A stretch of 64,000 nt of DNA from an uncultured Bacteroidales bacterium (GCA_964371595.1 CAYJNJ010000003.1:21094-85093), one strand, 5' to 3'. Shown: positions 1-10,202, numbered from the stretch's first letter. Notes: a model not told the origin generated them from the letters alone. Numbers and translations: made by a program.

Positions 1-1230
1 GGGATCATGGTCAGCCAGGGATGGGACGACCATGACCGTTCCGGAAAGTACGCTGCACACGACTTTGCCATGAATTACCTCAAAGGCTGTGACCGCAATT
101 CGGTGCTGATCACTTTCGGCGATAACGATACCTTCCCTTTATGGTACGTCCAGGAAGTTGAAGGATTCAGGACCGATGTGAGGGTGCTCAATCATATGCT
201 GGCATCCGGCCACTGGTACGTTCAGCAGATGTTCTCAAAAGTTTATGAGTCCGATCCTTTGCCTTTCTTCCTGAAAAAGGAGCAATATGGCAATGGTGTC
301 AATAATTACATCCCCATTTATGAGCATCCCAGCCTTGAGGGCAAATATACCGAGCTTTCGGAACTGATAAACTTTGTCGCACTGGATGATGACCGTTCGA
401 AAATATCGGTGGGAGCAGGGAAGAAGATCAATTACTTCCCGTCAAAAAAGGTCAGGCTCACGGTTGATGCCCGCAAATGTGTCGAGAACGGCATCGTCCC
501 TGCCTCGATGGCCGATAAGATCGTGCCTTATATCGAATGGGAGATCTCGCAGAATGCCCTGTTCAAGAACGATTTGGCCGTCCTCGATTTCCTGGCAGCC
601 AACGACTGGGAAAGGGCGCTGTACACAGCAAATCCTTCCAGCCTGGCCGGTTTCCTTGGCATCGACGAGTACCTGCACCAGGAAGGGATGGTGTATAAGT
701 TCATGCCGGTGAAAGCCGAGAATTATTACCAGGGCCTTGGTGGCGTCAATCCCGAAAAGACCTACGAAGTTTTCACGAACTGCAGATGGGGTAATCTGAA
801 CAGTCCGGACGTGAATGTCGACCGGGAGAGCGAGCGGAACAGCCGTCTTCCGAGACAGAACTATCTCAGGGCGGCGGAATGCTTCCTGGCAAGAGGCGAA
901 AAGGAAAAAGCCATTGATTTGCTCGATGTGTGCATCCAGTATTTCCCGGATAATAAGATCCCGTACGATATGATGATGATCCCATTTGCCGAGATCTATT
1001 ACGGTGCCGGGGCGAAAGAAAAAGCCAATGCCGTGATTTCAAAGCTGATCGAAATTTACGCCGATGATCTGAGGTACTACAAAGGGCTTAAGGCTTCGTT
1101 TGCCGATAAGGTTTATGCCACCGATATCGACCGGAACAAACGGATCCTGCGCAACCTCTCACAATTAGCTAAATTGAACGGAGAAGAAGAGCTTTCGGCG
1201 AGGGCGGATGAAGCGGGAGCGGGGATTTAA
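1..1230 (+). CDS. C-terminal part of a DUF2723 / GT117-like membrane glycosyltransferase-family protein (gene starts upstream of window)
   Basis: Frame is open from base 1. The motif FGDNDTFPLWYVQEVEGFRTDVRVLN is what I recall as the DUF2723 hallmark. The C-terminal region is helical and TPR-like. Confidence 0.55.
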   Translation, partial: GIMVSQGWDDHDRSGKYAAHDFAMNYLKGCDRNSVLITFGDNDTFPLWYVQEVEGFRTDVRVLNHMLASGHWYVQQMFSKVYESDPLPFFLKKEQYGNGVNNYIPIYEHPSLEGKYTELSELINFVALDDDRSKISVGAGKKINYFPSKKVRLTVDARKCVENGIVPASMADKIVPYIEWEISQNALFKNDLAVLDFLAANDWERALYTANPSSLAGFLGIDEYLHQEGMVYKFMPVKAENYYQGLGGVNPEKTYEVFTNCRWGNLNSPDVNVDRESERNSRLPRQNYLRAAECFLARGEKEKAIDLLDVCIQYFPDNKIPYDMMMIPFAEIYYGAGAKEKANAVISKLIEIYADDLRYYKGLKASFADKVYATDIDRNKRILRNLSQLAKLNGEEELSARADEAGAGI

Positions 1231-1264
1231 AGATTGGACGATTTGGCGATTTGGCGATTTATGC

Positions 1265-1397
1265 CTTTTTATTGCCACAAAAGCACGGAAACACTAAATT
1301 ACACTAAGGTTAGTGACTTAATAATCAGATTTTTTTGTGATATTTTGTGTTTTTGTGTTTTCGTGGCATCATTGATAAACCTGACTTTTCAGAATGA
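1265..1397. repeat. Copy 1 of a ~132-bp direct repeat; internally an imperfect hairpin (TGCCACAAAAGCACGGAAACAC ... GTGTTTTTGTGTTTTCGTGGCA)
   Basis: Near-identical to 2123..2254 when read side by side (a few substitutions, one 1-nt indel). The arms are visible by eye. Confidence 0.85.
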
Positions 1398-1459
1398 TGA
1401 TATTGTTTTTTATTCAGCCTGAATTTGCATATTCCGGACGAATGCAGAAACTTTCAGTT

Positions 1460-1467
1460 TACCTTTG
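1460..1467 (+). promoter_or_regulatory. Bacteroidota-type -7 box (TACCTTTG = TAnnTTTG) upstream of the toxin-antitoxin pair
   Basis: Exact match to the TAnnTTTG consensus, 15 nt before ATG 1482. Confidence 0.4.
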
Positions 1468-1481
1468 TAAAAATCCAAACA

Positions 1482-1697
1482 ATGGAAATTTTAAAAATTG
1501 AAATATTAAATCCCAAAGCGAAGGCAATCCTGAAAAACCTTGCTGATTTAAAACTGATCAGCATTAAAAAAGAGTTGAAAAAATCCGAAATCAGGGCCAT
1601 TCTTTCCAAACTCAGGCAATACCCGGATTTAGTACCATCTGCAGATGATATTGCAAGTGAAGTTGATACTATCAGGAAAACGAGATATGGCATCTAA
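1482..1697 (+). CDS. Putative antitoxin (small protein upstream of and overlapping the PIN toxin)
   Basis: 71-aa ORF from ATG 1482; the track's TTG-1425 extension is unlikely. Its stop overlaps the PIN gene start by 11 nt. No family recognised; the call is by position only. Confidence 0.4.
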   Translation: MEILKIEILNPKAKAILKNLADLKLISIKKELKKSEIRAILSKLRQYPDLVPSADDIASEVDTIRKTRYGI

Positions 1698-2103
1698 AAA
1701 ACTGAAAATCATCCTGGATACAAATATCCTAGTCAGTTTTTTGATTACAAAGGAATATGAGAAACTTGATAATAAAATCTTCTCCGGAAAGATCATACTC
1801 CTCTTTTCAGATGAATTAATTGATGAATTTATCTCAGTTGTTCAAAGGCCAAAATTTATGAAGCTTTTTTCTCCGGATAATATTGATATTCTAGTCAATT
1901 TTTTCCTTGATGATGGTTTGTTAATTGATATAGAGTCTAATATAGATCTTTGCAGAGACAAAAAAGATAATTTTTTATTAAATCTTGCATTAGACGGAAA
2001 AGCTGATTATTTAATTACTGGCGACAAGGACCTGCTCATACTTTCCTCAATTGGTGGTGCCAAAATCATTACAATGTCAGAATTTTTACTTCTTATCAAA
2101 TGA
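1687..2103 (+). CDS. PIN-domain toxin (PIN_3 / TIGR00305-like)
   Basis: KIILDTNILVSFL at the N-terminus, then SDELIDEF, CRDKKDNFLLNLA and YLITGDKDLL. This is the acidic-residue pattern of PIN toxins. Start chosen at MASKK (1687). Confidence 0.7.
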   Translation: MASKKLKIILDTNILVSFLITKEYEKLDNKIFSGKIILLFSDELIDEFISVVQRPKFMKLFSPDNIDILVNFFLDDGLLIDIESNIDLCRDKKDNFLLNLALDGKADYLITGDKDLLILSSIGGAKIITMSEFLLLIK

Positions 2104-2122
2104 GAATTTGCAACCGCACCTC

Positions 2123-2254
2123 CTTTTTATTGCCACAAAAACACGGAAACACTAAATTACACTAAGGTTAATGACTTAATAATCAGATTTTTTGTGATAT
2201 TTTGTGTTTTTGTGTTTTCGTGGCATCATTGATAAACCTGACTTTTCAGAATGA
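2123..2254. repeat. Copy 2 of the ~132-bp direct repeat / hairpin element
   Basis: Aligns with 1265..1397 along its whole length. Confidence 0.85.
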
Positions 2255-2294
2255 ATTCCTTTCCTATTGATAAATGTTCAATGCATGCATTGGA

Positions 2295-3092
2295 TCATTT
2301 AGCCGTCTTTTTCCTGTAGATCAGGAAAAGGCCGGCTGCACCTATCAAAATGAATGGGATACTCAGCAGTTGTCCCATGTTGAGTGCCATATGGCTTTCA
2401 AAATCAACCTGGGGCTCTTTGAGAAATTCTATGAAAAACCGGACCCCGAAAACAAGGAGCAGGAAAAGGCTGATGAGCGTGCCTTCTTTCGGCTTTCCGT
2501 TCTTCCTGTAATAAATGAACATCAACAGGGCGAAGATCAGTAAATAGGCAAGTCCTTCATATATCTGCGTCGGATGGCGGGGCAGCTTCAGCTTATCGGA
2601 ATTTTCATAGATGAAGCCCCAGGGAAGCGAGGTCTCCCGTCCGTAGATCTCCGAATTGGCCAGGTTCCCCATCCTTATGAAAAAGCCGGCCAGCGCCGTG
2701 ACTGTAGCGATCCGGTCCATGCTCCACCAGTAAGAGATCTTGTTCTTCCTGGAAAAAATATAAACGGCGATAAGAATAGCGATCGCAGCCCCGTGGCTGG
2801 CAAGCCCGCCTTCCCAGATCTTTAATATCTCTAAAGGGTGGCTGAGGTAATACGCCGGTTCGTAAAACAGGCAATGACCCAGCCGGGCGCCGATTACCGT
2901 GGCAATGACCATATAGGTTGTCAGCTGATCGAGCAGTTTTACCGGGACCTTCTCCTTTTTGAAGAATTTCAGCATGATGAAATAGCCGATGGCAAAGCCG
3001 AGTGCGAAAAGTACCCCGTACCAGCGTACGGCAAATCTGCCGACACTGAAAATTTCAGGATCAGCGGCCCAGGTAATTGAAGTGATGAGCAT
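2295..3092 (-). CDS. lgt: Prolipoprotein diacylglyceryl transferase
   Basis: GRFAVRWYG, LASHGAAIAI and RHPTQIYE motifs; polytopic membrane protein of typical size. Confidence 0.85.
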   Translation of the reverse strand: MLITSITWAADPEIFSVGRFAVRWYGVLFALGFAIGYFIMLKFFKKEKVPVKLLDQLTTYMVIATVIGARLGHCLFYEPAYYLSHPLEILKIWEGGLASHGAAIAILIAVYIFSRKNKISYWWSMDRIATVTALAGFFIRMGNLANSEIYGRETSLPWGFIYENSDKLKLPRHPTQIYEGLAYLLIFALLMFIYYRKNGKPKEGTLISLFLLLVFGVRFFIEFLKEPQVDFESHMALNMGQLLSIPFILIGAAGLFLIYRKKTAK

Positions 3093-3165
3093 AGATGTTG
3101 ATGATTTAATGATTAATTTTTAATGCTAATTTTTAATGTTTAATGGCCAAAAGTAAACAATTCTG

Positions 3166-4293
3166 TTACTGATTCCCGGTTCTTGCTGTAAGCAGTGAAA
3201 TCCTTTCTTTGAGGAGATCTACTTCCGGATCGAAATTAAAATAACCGCTTACCTGTTGGCCTGCTTTAATTGCTTCAACCAGGTCGAAATGCCGCTGGTC
3301 CATCTTCAAAAATAATCCGCCTGAAGATAGATAATCAGCAAGGTATTCCTGCTCGGTCTGCCCGGGGGTGGGAACCAGCACGGCGGTCCTTCCCAGGGCA
3401 GCGAGGTCCATCAGGGTGGAATATCCTGGACGGCAAATGATGACTTTCGCAGCTTTTATCATCTGCCTGAGCTCTCCATCCACTACGTGGTTTATCATTT
3501 TTACACCCTGGAAAGCTGGATTTTTAACCGGTTCGCCCGGCAAACCACGGAGGATAATGACATCCTTTGCCTTTGTCCGTTGAATTTCTTCCAGGATTAT
3601 ATTTTCCAGGATGCCCCGCTGTGGCTCGGGACCGGAAAGGAGTACCAGCACTTCGGGGCCCGGTAAATCCGGTTTGTCATCAGCACCATCTCCCGAAAAC
3701 CTCGACAAGAGCCCCAGGAAATAACCGTTTCGTGGAAGTGGATATTTATGCCCGAGATCACCGGAAAGGTTGCTTTCTCCCGGCAAATCCGGCACCCAGC
3801 ATTCATCATATTTCTTTATAAACCACCCGTGAAACCTGTGAAGCAAAGGTTCCAGCCATTCCATCCTTCGTGGCGCTTTGATCATGAGCTGGTGGGTCAT
3901 ATACACCGAATAGGCCCGGTGGGACCAGAGCCCGAAACGGTTGTCGGAGATCACCACATCGATTTGGTATTCCCTGATGATCTTTTTCAGCCGCCGGTGC
4001 TCCTTGCAGATACCAAAAAGCAGGGCAGGGGATTGCAATACCATCGCCATCGCCATATTTCCTCCCCGGGGATAAGAAACCTTCACACCGGGAAACCTGA
4101 CCAATTCCAAATCCGGAAAATACCCTTGAAAAAAATCAAAAGACCTGCCATCGGCAGCGAGGATAACATTATGGTGATTATCGAGCAAAGCCTTGATAAC
4201 AGGCACACATCGGGTGGCATGGCCAATGCCCCAATCGAGCGGGCAGACTAAAATCGTAAGAAAATTTTTGACCAAGCGGGTATTTTTTGCCAA
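3166..4293 (-). CDS. Glycosyltransferase, MurG/GT28-like (UDP-sugar dependent) family
   Basis: N-terminal GIGHATRC loop, two Rossmann-like halves, C-terminal RPGYSTLMD...TEQE pattern typical of GT-B enzymes. Confidence 0.55.
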   Translation of the reverse strand: MAKNTRLVKNFLTILVCPLDWGIGHATRCVPVIKALLDNHHNVILAADGRSFDFFQGYFPDLELVRFPGVKVSYPRGGNMAMAMVLQSPALLFGICKEHRRLKKIIREYQIDVVISDNRFGLWSHRAYSVYMTHQLMIKAPRRMEWLEPLLHRFHGWFIKKYDECWVPDLPGESNLSGDLGHKYPLPRNGYFLGLLSRFSGDGADDKPDLPGPEVLVLLSGPEPQRGILENIILEEIQRTKAKDVIILRGLPGEPVKNPAFQGVKMINHVVDGELRQMIKAAKVIICRPGYSTLMDLAALGRTAVLVPTPGQTEQEYLADYLSSGGLFLKMDQRHFDLVEAIKAGQQVSGYFNFDPEVDLLKERISLLTARTGNQ

Positions 4294-4326
4294 ACAAAGG
4301 TATTAATAAAGAAAAACCCAGGTTTT

Positions 4327-5433
4327 ATGTTGAAAGAAGGATCATTAATTTACGAGATTGCCCTGACCCTTATCCCGAAGATCGGTGATGTGCAGGGTAA
4401 AAAACTGGTGGCTTATTGTGGTGGAGTTGAAGCCGTATTCAGGGAGAAAAGGAAAAACCTGCTGAAAATCCCCGGCGTGGGGCAATCCATTGCCAATTCG
4501 CTCAACCGGAAGGAGGTATTTGCCCGGGCGGAGAAAGAGATGGGATTTATCAGGCAGTACCAGGTCAGCCCGCTTTTCTACCTTGACCCGGACTACCCCG
4601 ACAGGCTGAAGCATTGCGAAGACGGGCCGATGCTGCTGTACTTCAAAGGTAAGGCCCATCTTAGCCAGAAGCGGATCCTGAGCATTGTCGGGACCCGCAT
4701 GCCGACCGATTACGGAAAGCAGCTCTGCGGGCAGATCGTCCAGGGGCTGGCCGAGCAGGGCGTCCTGATCGTGAGCGGCCTGGCCTATGGCGTTGACACT
4801 GCGGCGCACCGGGCTTCGCTGGCTGCCGGGCTGCCCACGGTGGGGGTGCTTGCCCACGGCCTCGACCAGATCTACCCGTTTGTAAACCGCCCGCTGGCTG
4901 AGAAAATGGTCGGAAACGGCGGACTGCTGACAGAGTTTACCAGCCAGACAAAGCTGAACCGCGACTATTTCCCTCGGCGCAACCGGATCATCGCGGGAAT
5001 GGCGGATGCAACGCTGGTGATCGAATCGGCTCTGAAAGGCGGGGCGCTGATCACGGCGGAAATAGCTAACTCTTACAGCCGCGACGTGTTCGCCATCCCC
5101 GGCAGGACCACCGATCCGAAATCAAGCGGCTGCAACCAGCTTATCAAAAGCAATAAGGCCGGCCTTGTGCAATCCGCTGAGGATATCTGCTTCATGATGG
5201 GCTGGGACCAGTCGCCGCACCCGGTGCATGTGCAGCAGAAGCTGTTCACCGAAATGAGCGAAGAGGAAAGGAAGATCTTCAGTATTATCGAATCATCCAA
5301 AGAAACCGATATCGATGGGATCTACCTCAACTCCGGCATGACTGCGAGCAAAGTGGCGGCAATATTGCTGAAACTGGAATTCGACGGGCTGGTAAGGAGC
5401 CTTCCCGGGAAGCGATACAAAGCGAACGGGTAG
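4327..5433 (+). CDS. dprA: DNA-processing protein DprA (Smf)
   Basis: GLAYGVDTAAHRASL and RNRIIAGMADATLVIESALKGGALITA core, with a C-terminal winged-helix-like tail. Confidence 0.85.
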   Translation: MLKEGSLIYEIALTLIPKIGDVQGKKLVAYCGGVEAVFREKRKNLLKIPGVGQSIANSLNRKEVFARAEKEMGFIRQYQVSPLFYLDPDYPDRLKHCEDGPMLLYFKGKAHLSQKRILSIVGTRMPTDYGKQLCGQIVQGLAEQGVLIVSGLAYGVDTAAHRASLAAGLPTVGVLAHGLDQIYPFVNRPLAEKMVGNGGLLTEFTSQTKLNRDYFPRRNRIIAGMADATLVIESALKGGALITAEIANSYSRDVFAIPGRTTDPKSSGCNQLIKSNKAGLVQSAEDICFMMGWDQSPHPVHVQQKLFTEMSEEERKIFSIIESSKETDIDGIYLNSGMTASKVAAILLKLEFDGLVRSLPGKRYKANG

Positions 5434-5435
5434 CG

Positions 5436-6119
5436 CTAAAATTTTTCGTCGTTCTTTGCTTCTAACTGCATGCGGACAGCGGCAATGATCAGTGAGATGC
5501 CAATGATCGTGGCCCCGATGAAGAATGCCAGGAGCATCCTGTAATCCTTTGTCAGCAGGCAAAAATCATACAGGGCATGGAAAAAGATCGCTGCAGCAAG
5601 GCCCGTCATGGAATCGATCACCCTCATCCGCCTGAATTTACCCATCCCGATGAAAAAGCCCATCATGACCCCGAAAATGACATTGGCCGGCCCTGCAGTC
5701 AGTGCATTGACGCTGCTTACGGTCAGGTGGGGGATATTGATAAAATAAAGGATATTGTTCATGGTAGCAAAACCCATCGAGATCATCACGCCAAAAATGA
5801 TCCCGTCTAATGGTGTCCTGAATCCTTCTTTCGGGTAGATATATCCCTTGAGGACCGTATATTTCCCAAGTTCTGCAAAAAAGGCCATGATCACCAGGGC
5901 ATAGAACAAGACCCGCCTGATATTGCTGAGCCTGTCAAGTTCAAGGTATGAGGCGGTCAATTGCACTACCAGCACGAGGACTATACTGAACATTCCCCAT
6001 AAAAATGCCTTGAAAAGGAGGGAAATTGCCGGATTTGATAATTTGTGCCGCAGGAAAAGATAAACCAGGAAGGCTATCATTGGCGGCACAATGAACGAAA
6101 TGAACATGAGGAACCCCAT
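5436..6119 (-). CDS. PrsW-family intramembrane metalloprotease
   Basis: Polytopic protein. AELGK, GFATMNNILY and FFHALYDF resemble the PrsW E-x-x-K / GFA..N / H...D motifs. Confidence 0.5.
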   Translation of the reverse strand: MGFLMFISFIVPPMIAFLVYLFLRHKLSNPAISLLFKAFLWGMFSIVLVLVVQLTASYLELDRLSNIRRVLFYALVIMAFFAELGKYTVLKGYIYPKEGFRTPLDGIIFGVMISMGFATMNNILYFINIPHLTVSSVNALTAGPANVIFGVMMGFFIGMGKFRRMRVIDSMTGLAAAIFFHALYDFCLLTKDYRMLLAFFIGATIIGISLIIAAVRMQLEAKNDEKF

Positions 6120-6184
6120 ACGTCGTAAGATATTGGAAATTCAAAGTTAACATTATTTGTAATTTTACAAAATAATTTAATCTG

Positions 6185-7111
6185 ATGACCGGAATCGTAA
6201 CCCGCTCCACGGGGAGCTGGCACATGGTGACCCTTGAGAGCGGACTTGCATTGCCCTGCAAGCTTAAAGGCAATTTCCGGCTGAAAGGGATAAGGACTAC
6301 CAACCCGGTCGCAGTGGGCGATAAAGTGGAGGTTGAGATGAGTGATGATAATGAAATGGGGGTCATTAACCGCATCTTCGAGCGTAACAACTACATCATC
6401 CGCAAAGCCACCAAATTATCCAAGGAATCGCATATCATCGCGGCCAATATCGATCAGCTTTTATTGATCGCCACCCTGGCGTTTCCACGGACTTCCACCG
6501 GTTTCATCGACCGGATGCTGGTGACTTCGGAAGCCTACCATATACCTGCGATTATCGTATTCAACAAAATTGACCTCTATATCGACGAACTGATCCCCTG
6601 GCTTGAAGAAACGGAGAAGATCTACACCGATACCGGTTATCCCTGCCTGCGGGTATCGGCTAAAACCGGGCAGGGGCTGGACCGGCTGACGGAAGTGCTG
6701 AAAGGCAAGGTCAGCCTGATTTCCGGGCATTCGGGAGTGGGGAAATCCAGCCTGATCAACAAGCTGCAGCCGGGGCTTAACCTGAAAATCAAGGAAATTT
6801 CGACTTACCACCTGAAAGGGCAGCATGCCACAACTTTTCCTGAAATGCATCGTTTATCATTTGGCGGGTATGTCATCGACACCCCCGGCATCAAGGAATT
6901 CGGGCTCACTAATTTCGACCAGGGTGAAGTGGCGGAGAGGTTCCCGGAAATGCGCGCCCTGATGCACCTTTGCCGATACAGTAACTGCACGCATTCCCAT
7001 GAACCGGACTGCGCCGTTATCAGGGCAAAAGATGAAGGCAAAATTCATCCGTCACGATATGCTAATTATCTAAGTATTTTTAACGGAAATGACTGGAATG
7101 AAGATAAGTAA
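6185..7111 (+). CDS. rsgA: Ribosome small-subunit-dependent GTPase A
   Basis: Circularly permuted GTPase motifs (NIDQLLLI, FNKIDL, GHSGVGKSSLINKL, DTPGIKEF) and a Zn knuckle CRYSNCTHSHEPDCAV. Confidence 0.85.
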   Translation: MTGIVTRSTGSWHMVTLESGLALPCKLKGNFRLKGIRTTNPVAVGDKVEVEMSDDNEMGVINRIFERNNYIIRKATKLSKESHIIAANIDQLLLIATLAFPRTSTGFIDRMLVTSEAYHIPAIIVFNKIDLYIDELIPWLEETEKIYTDTGYPCLRVSAKTGQGLDRLTEVLKGKVSLISGHSGVGKSSLINKLQPGLNLKIKEISTYHLKGQHATTFPEMHRLSFGGYVIDTPGIKEFGLTNFDQGEVAERFPEMRALMHLCRYSNCTHSHEPDCAVIRAKDEGKIHPSRYANYLSIFNGNDWNEDK

Positions 7112-7126
7112 AACAGATTTAACACA

Positions 7127-7795
7127 TTGCAGATGATAGCCAAAGAAATAGCTACTTACGATATCCTCCCGCTTACGGTCCACGACACCATCGCCTTTGC
7201 CATGAATGCGCTGGATGAATACCGCGTCAACCATCTCCCGCTCGTCAATGAAAGGGAATTGCTGGGACTGGTTTCGGAATTCGATCTTGTCAACCATCCG
7301 GACCAGGCCGATACCGTCGGTAATATAAAGCTTTCCCTTCCTAATGCCTCTGTTGAGTCGCAGCAGCATGTTTTTGATGTGATGAAGATGATGACGGAAA
7401 TGAAACTATCGGTTCTGCCCGTGGTCGATCAGCGCAATATTTATTCAGGGCTGAGCACCCCGCAAAACCTCGGTCGTTTCCTGACACTGAATATTTCCGT
7501 TTTGAATCCCGGCGGGATCATAATCCTGGAAGTGGCAGAAAATAATTATTCTATGGCTGAGATCTCAAAGATCGTCGAATCCAATGATGCCAGGATCATC
7601 GGGGCTTTCTTCACCACCCGGACCGATTCGACCCTCATCGACCTTACCCTGAAGATCAATAATATCGACCTTAATCCTGTTATCCAGACTTTTGAAAGAT
7701 ATAATTATACCATCAAAGCCACTTTCGCTGAAAAAGATGACCTGGATGACCTGAAAGAGCGCTACGACGCCCTTATGCACTATCTTAACATCTGA
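7127..7795 (+). CDS. CBS-domain pair protein
   Basis: Two CBS-like repeats (HLPLVNERELLGLVSEFDL; LSVLPVVDQRNIYSGL) followed by a small C-terminal domain. Confidence 0.5.
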   Translation: MQMIAKEIATYDILPLTVHDTIAFAMNALDEYRVNHLPLVNERELLGLVSEFDLVNHPDQADTVGNIKLSLPNASVESQQHVFDVMKMMTEMKLSVLPVVDQRNIYSGLSTPQNLGRFLTLNISVLNPGGIIILEVAENNYSMAEISKIVESNDARIIGAFFTTRTDSTLIDLTLKINNIDLNPVIQTFERYNYTIKATFAEKDDLDDLKERYDALMHYLNI

Positions 7796-7837
7796 AAACA
7801 TTACTCTTTGGGTTACGGGAAAACCATATTCCGGCAA

Positions 7838-9259
7838 ATGACCTTATTACCGGGTCTTTTCCTGTTGTTGCTGCAGGCTTCCGTTGGATTTGCACAGGAA
7901 GAAGGCATTGCAGCGGGTCATGATTTTTCTACCCGGATCGATTCGGTCAGACTACTCGGGAACAAGGTCACCAAAGACCGGATCCTGCTGCGTGAAATTA
8001 CTTTCCTGCCGGGGGATGTCATGACAGCCAGCCGGCTCGACACCCTGATGGCCCGCTCCAGGGAAAACCTGCTGAATACCTCCCTTTTCAATTTCGTGGA
8101 TATCAGGAGATACTTTCCGGGCAGCGACAGCACAGCCTGCGTGGTCGAGGTGAAAGTCACCGAGCGCTGGTATATCTGGCCTACACCTATCCTGAAGATC
8201 TCCGACCGGAATTTCAATGTCTGGTGGGAGACTAAAGACCTGAGCCGCCTGAGCTATGGATTTTATATCGACTGGCGGAATTTCAGGGGAAGGAGGGAGA
8301 ACCTGGTCATGAAGCTGCAGTGGGGATATAACCGCGTGGCCCAGTTGCAATACCTGATCCCGCTCCTGAACAGGGACCAGACCATCGGACTGGGGTTTGG
8401 ATTTGGCTATAGCCGGCAGAAAGAAACCGCCTTCCAGACCATGTACAATAAGCAGGACTTTTACAAGGATACCACAGGCTTTTCCAGGGAAGAATTCTCC
8501 GCTTACGGGCAACTGGTGATCCGCCGGAATATTTATATCACCCACCAGTTTTTTCTATCGTATGATCATCATAATTTTTCTGACAGCCTGATTGCTGAAA
8601 ACATAAATTTTACAGCCGATAGTTCAACTAAAGTACAATACCTGTCATTTCATTATGTTTTCAAGGATGACCACCGCGATTTCAAGCCTTACCCGCTGAA
8701 AGGCTGGTATGCCGATTTTGAGTTGCTGAAGTACGGTCTCTGGACTTTCCGTGAGAATACGCTGAACACCTTCCACCTGATGGCGACATTCAGGAAATAC
8801 TGGCAGGTCCATCCACGCATCTATGTGGCTACAGGGGTGAATGGCAAGGTTTCCACCGGCCTGCAGCCCTATTTCATCATTCGAGGGATCGGATATGACA
8901 GGGATGTAGTCCGCGCTTACGAATATTATCTTGTCGATGCGCAGCATTTCGGGATACTGAAAAGCAATATCAAGTTTGCCATTATTCCCAACCAGGTAAA
9001 AAAGATCAACTTTATCAGGACTGAAAAGTTCAGTAAGATATATTATGCCCTTTACCTGAATATTTTTGCCGATGCCGGTTATGGGATATATAACCAGGAT
9101 TTCGGGCAGGAAACCAATGACCTGCAGAATGCCTTCCTTTTTGGGTACGGTGCCGGCCTTGATTTCGTGACCTATTATGATGTCGTTGTAAGGTTCGAGT
9201 TTTCGGCCAATTTACTGAATGAGACCGGGTTTTTCCTGCATTTCAGGGCACCGATATGA
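7838..9259 (+). CDS. BamA/D15-like outer-membrane protein with POTRA domain
   Basis: Signal peptide from ATG 7838, a POTRA-like segment (IDSVRLLGNKVTKDRILLREI), and a beta-barrel-like C-terminus ending HFRAPI. Confidence 0.5.
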   Translation: MTLLPGLFLLLLQASVGFAQEEGIAAGHDFSTRIDSVRLLGNKVTKDRILLREITFLPGDVMTASRLDTLMARSRENLLNTSLFNFVDIRRYFPGSDSTACVVEVKVTERWYIWPTPILKISDRNFNVWWETKDLSRLSYGFYIDWRNFRGRRENLVMKLQWGYNRVAQLQYLIPLLNRDQTIGLGFGFGYSRQKETAFQTMYNKQDFYKDTTGFSREEFSAYGQLVIRRNIYITHQFFLSYDHHNFSDSLIAENINFTADSSTKVQYLSFHYVFKDDHRDFKPYPLKGWYADFELLKYGLWTFRENTLNTFHLMATFRKYWQVHPRIYVATGVNGKVSTGLQPYFIIRGIGYDRDVVRAYEYYLVDAQHFGILKSNIKFAIIPNQVKKINFIRTEKFSKIYYALYLNIFADAGYGIYNQDFGQETNDLQNAFLFGYGAGLDFVTYYDVVVRFEFSANLLNETGFFLHFRAPI

Positions 9260-9288
9260 TTCTCGCTTCCTGTTGATTATTTAATAAC

Positions 9289-9296
9289 TACTTTTG
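9289..9296 (+). promoter_or_regulatory. -7 box TACTTTTG upstream of nadK
   Basis: Matches TAnnTTTG, 28 nt before ATG 9324. Confidence 0.4.
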
Positions 9297-9323
9297 CAGC
9301 AAAGAATTAAAAATTCCCTTATC

Positions 9324-10202
9324 ATGGTGATAGCATTGTTTGGACGAACGGTTTCCCCGGATAACTTCAAATATGTTCAGCGTGTGATTGATAAACTGGT
9401 CCTGAAAAATTGCGCGTTGACTGTTTATCAGCCTTTTTTCGAATCACTGCACGACCAGGTGATGTTTCCTGCAGAGATCGGGTTATTTAATGATTCCGAA
9501 GGAATTGCCGGCCAGGTTGATTATTTTTTCTCTATTGGCGGCGACGGGACCATACTCGATGCACTGACCTTTGTAAGGGATTCGGGCATCCCCATCATGG
9601 GGATAAACATTGGCCGGCTCGGTTTTTTATCCAGTATTTCAAAAGATGAGATCCTCCCGGCTATTGATAAAGTGTTAGACGGGGATTACCAGATTGACTC
9701 CCGCGCCCTGATCCGGCTCAGCCGGCCCAAAGACCTTTTCGGTGGTCTGAATTATGCCCTCAACGAACTGACAATCACCCGGAAAGACACGACCAGCCTG
9801 ATCGTCCTGCATGTCTACATCGATGATATGTTCATGACTTCTTACTGGGCCGACGGCCTGATCGTGGCCACGCCAACCGGCTCAACCGCATACTCGCTGA
9901 GCAGCGGCGGACCGATACTTACGCCGGGTTCCGAGAATTTTGTCCTGACACCGATCGCACCGCACAATTTAACCGTCAGGCCTGTCGTTATACCTGACAA
10001 ATCAAAGATACGGATCATCGTGGAAGGCCGGGAGGACCAGTTCCTGATGAGCCTTGATTCCAGGAAAGCCATTATTTATTCCAACTTTGAGCTGATTGTG
10101 GAAAAAGAAGATTTCAAGATTAACCTTTTACAGATGCCGGGAAGGAACTTCTTTATGACCATCAGGGAAAAGCTGAAATGGGGTTTGGATTCGCGTAACT
10201 GA
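9324..10202 (+). CDS. nadK: NAD kinase
   Basis: GGDGTILD, NELTI and ADGLIVATPTGSTAYSLSSGGPI. Start chosen at MVIALFG rather than the track's TTG 9294. Confidence 0.85.
   Translation: MVIALFGRTVSPDNFKYVQRVIDKLVLKNCALTVYQPFFESLHDQVMFPAEIGLFNDSEGIAGQVDYFFSIGGDGTILDALTFVRDSGIPIMGINIGRLGFLSSISKDEILPAIDKVLDGDYQIDSRALIRLSRPKDLFGGLNYALNELTITRKDTTSLIVLHVYIDDMFMTSYWADGLIVATPTGSTAYSLSSGGPILTPGSENFVLTPIAPHNLTVRPVVIPDKSKIRIIVEGREDQFLMSLDSRKAIIYSNFELIVEKEDFKINLLQMPGRNFFMTIREKLKWGLDSRN

Noticed and set aside
1234-1422. 62-aa ORF after the DUF2723 gene.
   Set aside because: It coincides with the 132-bp hairpin repeat, which recurs at 2123-2254 without a conserved ORF. It is non-coding repeat DNA.
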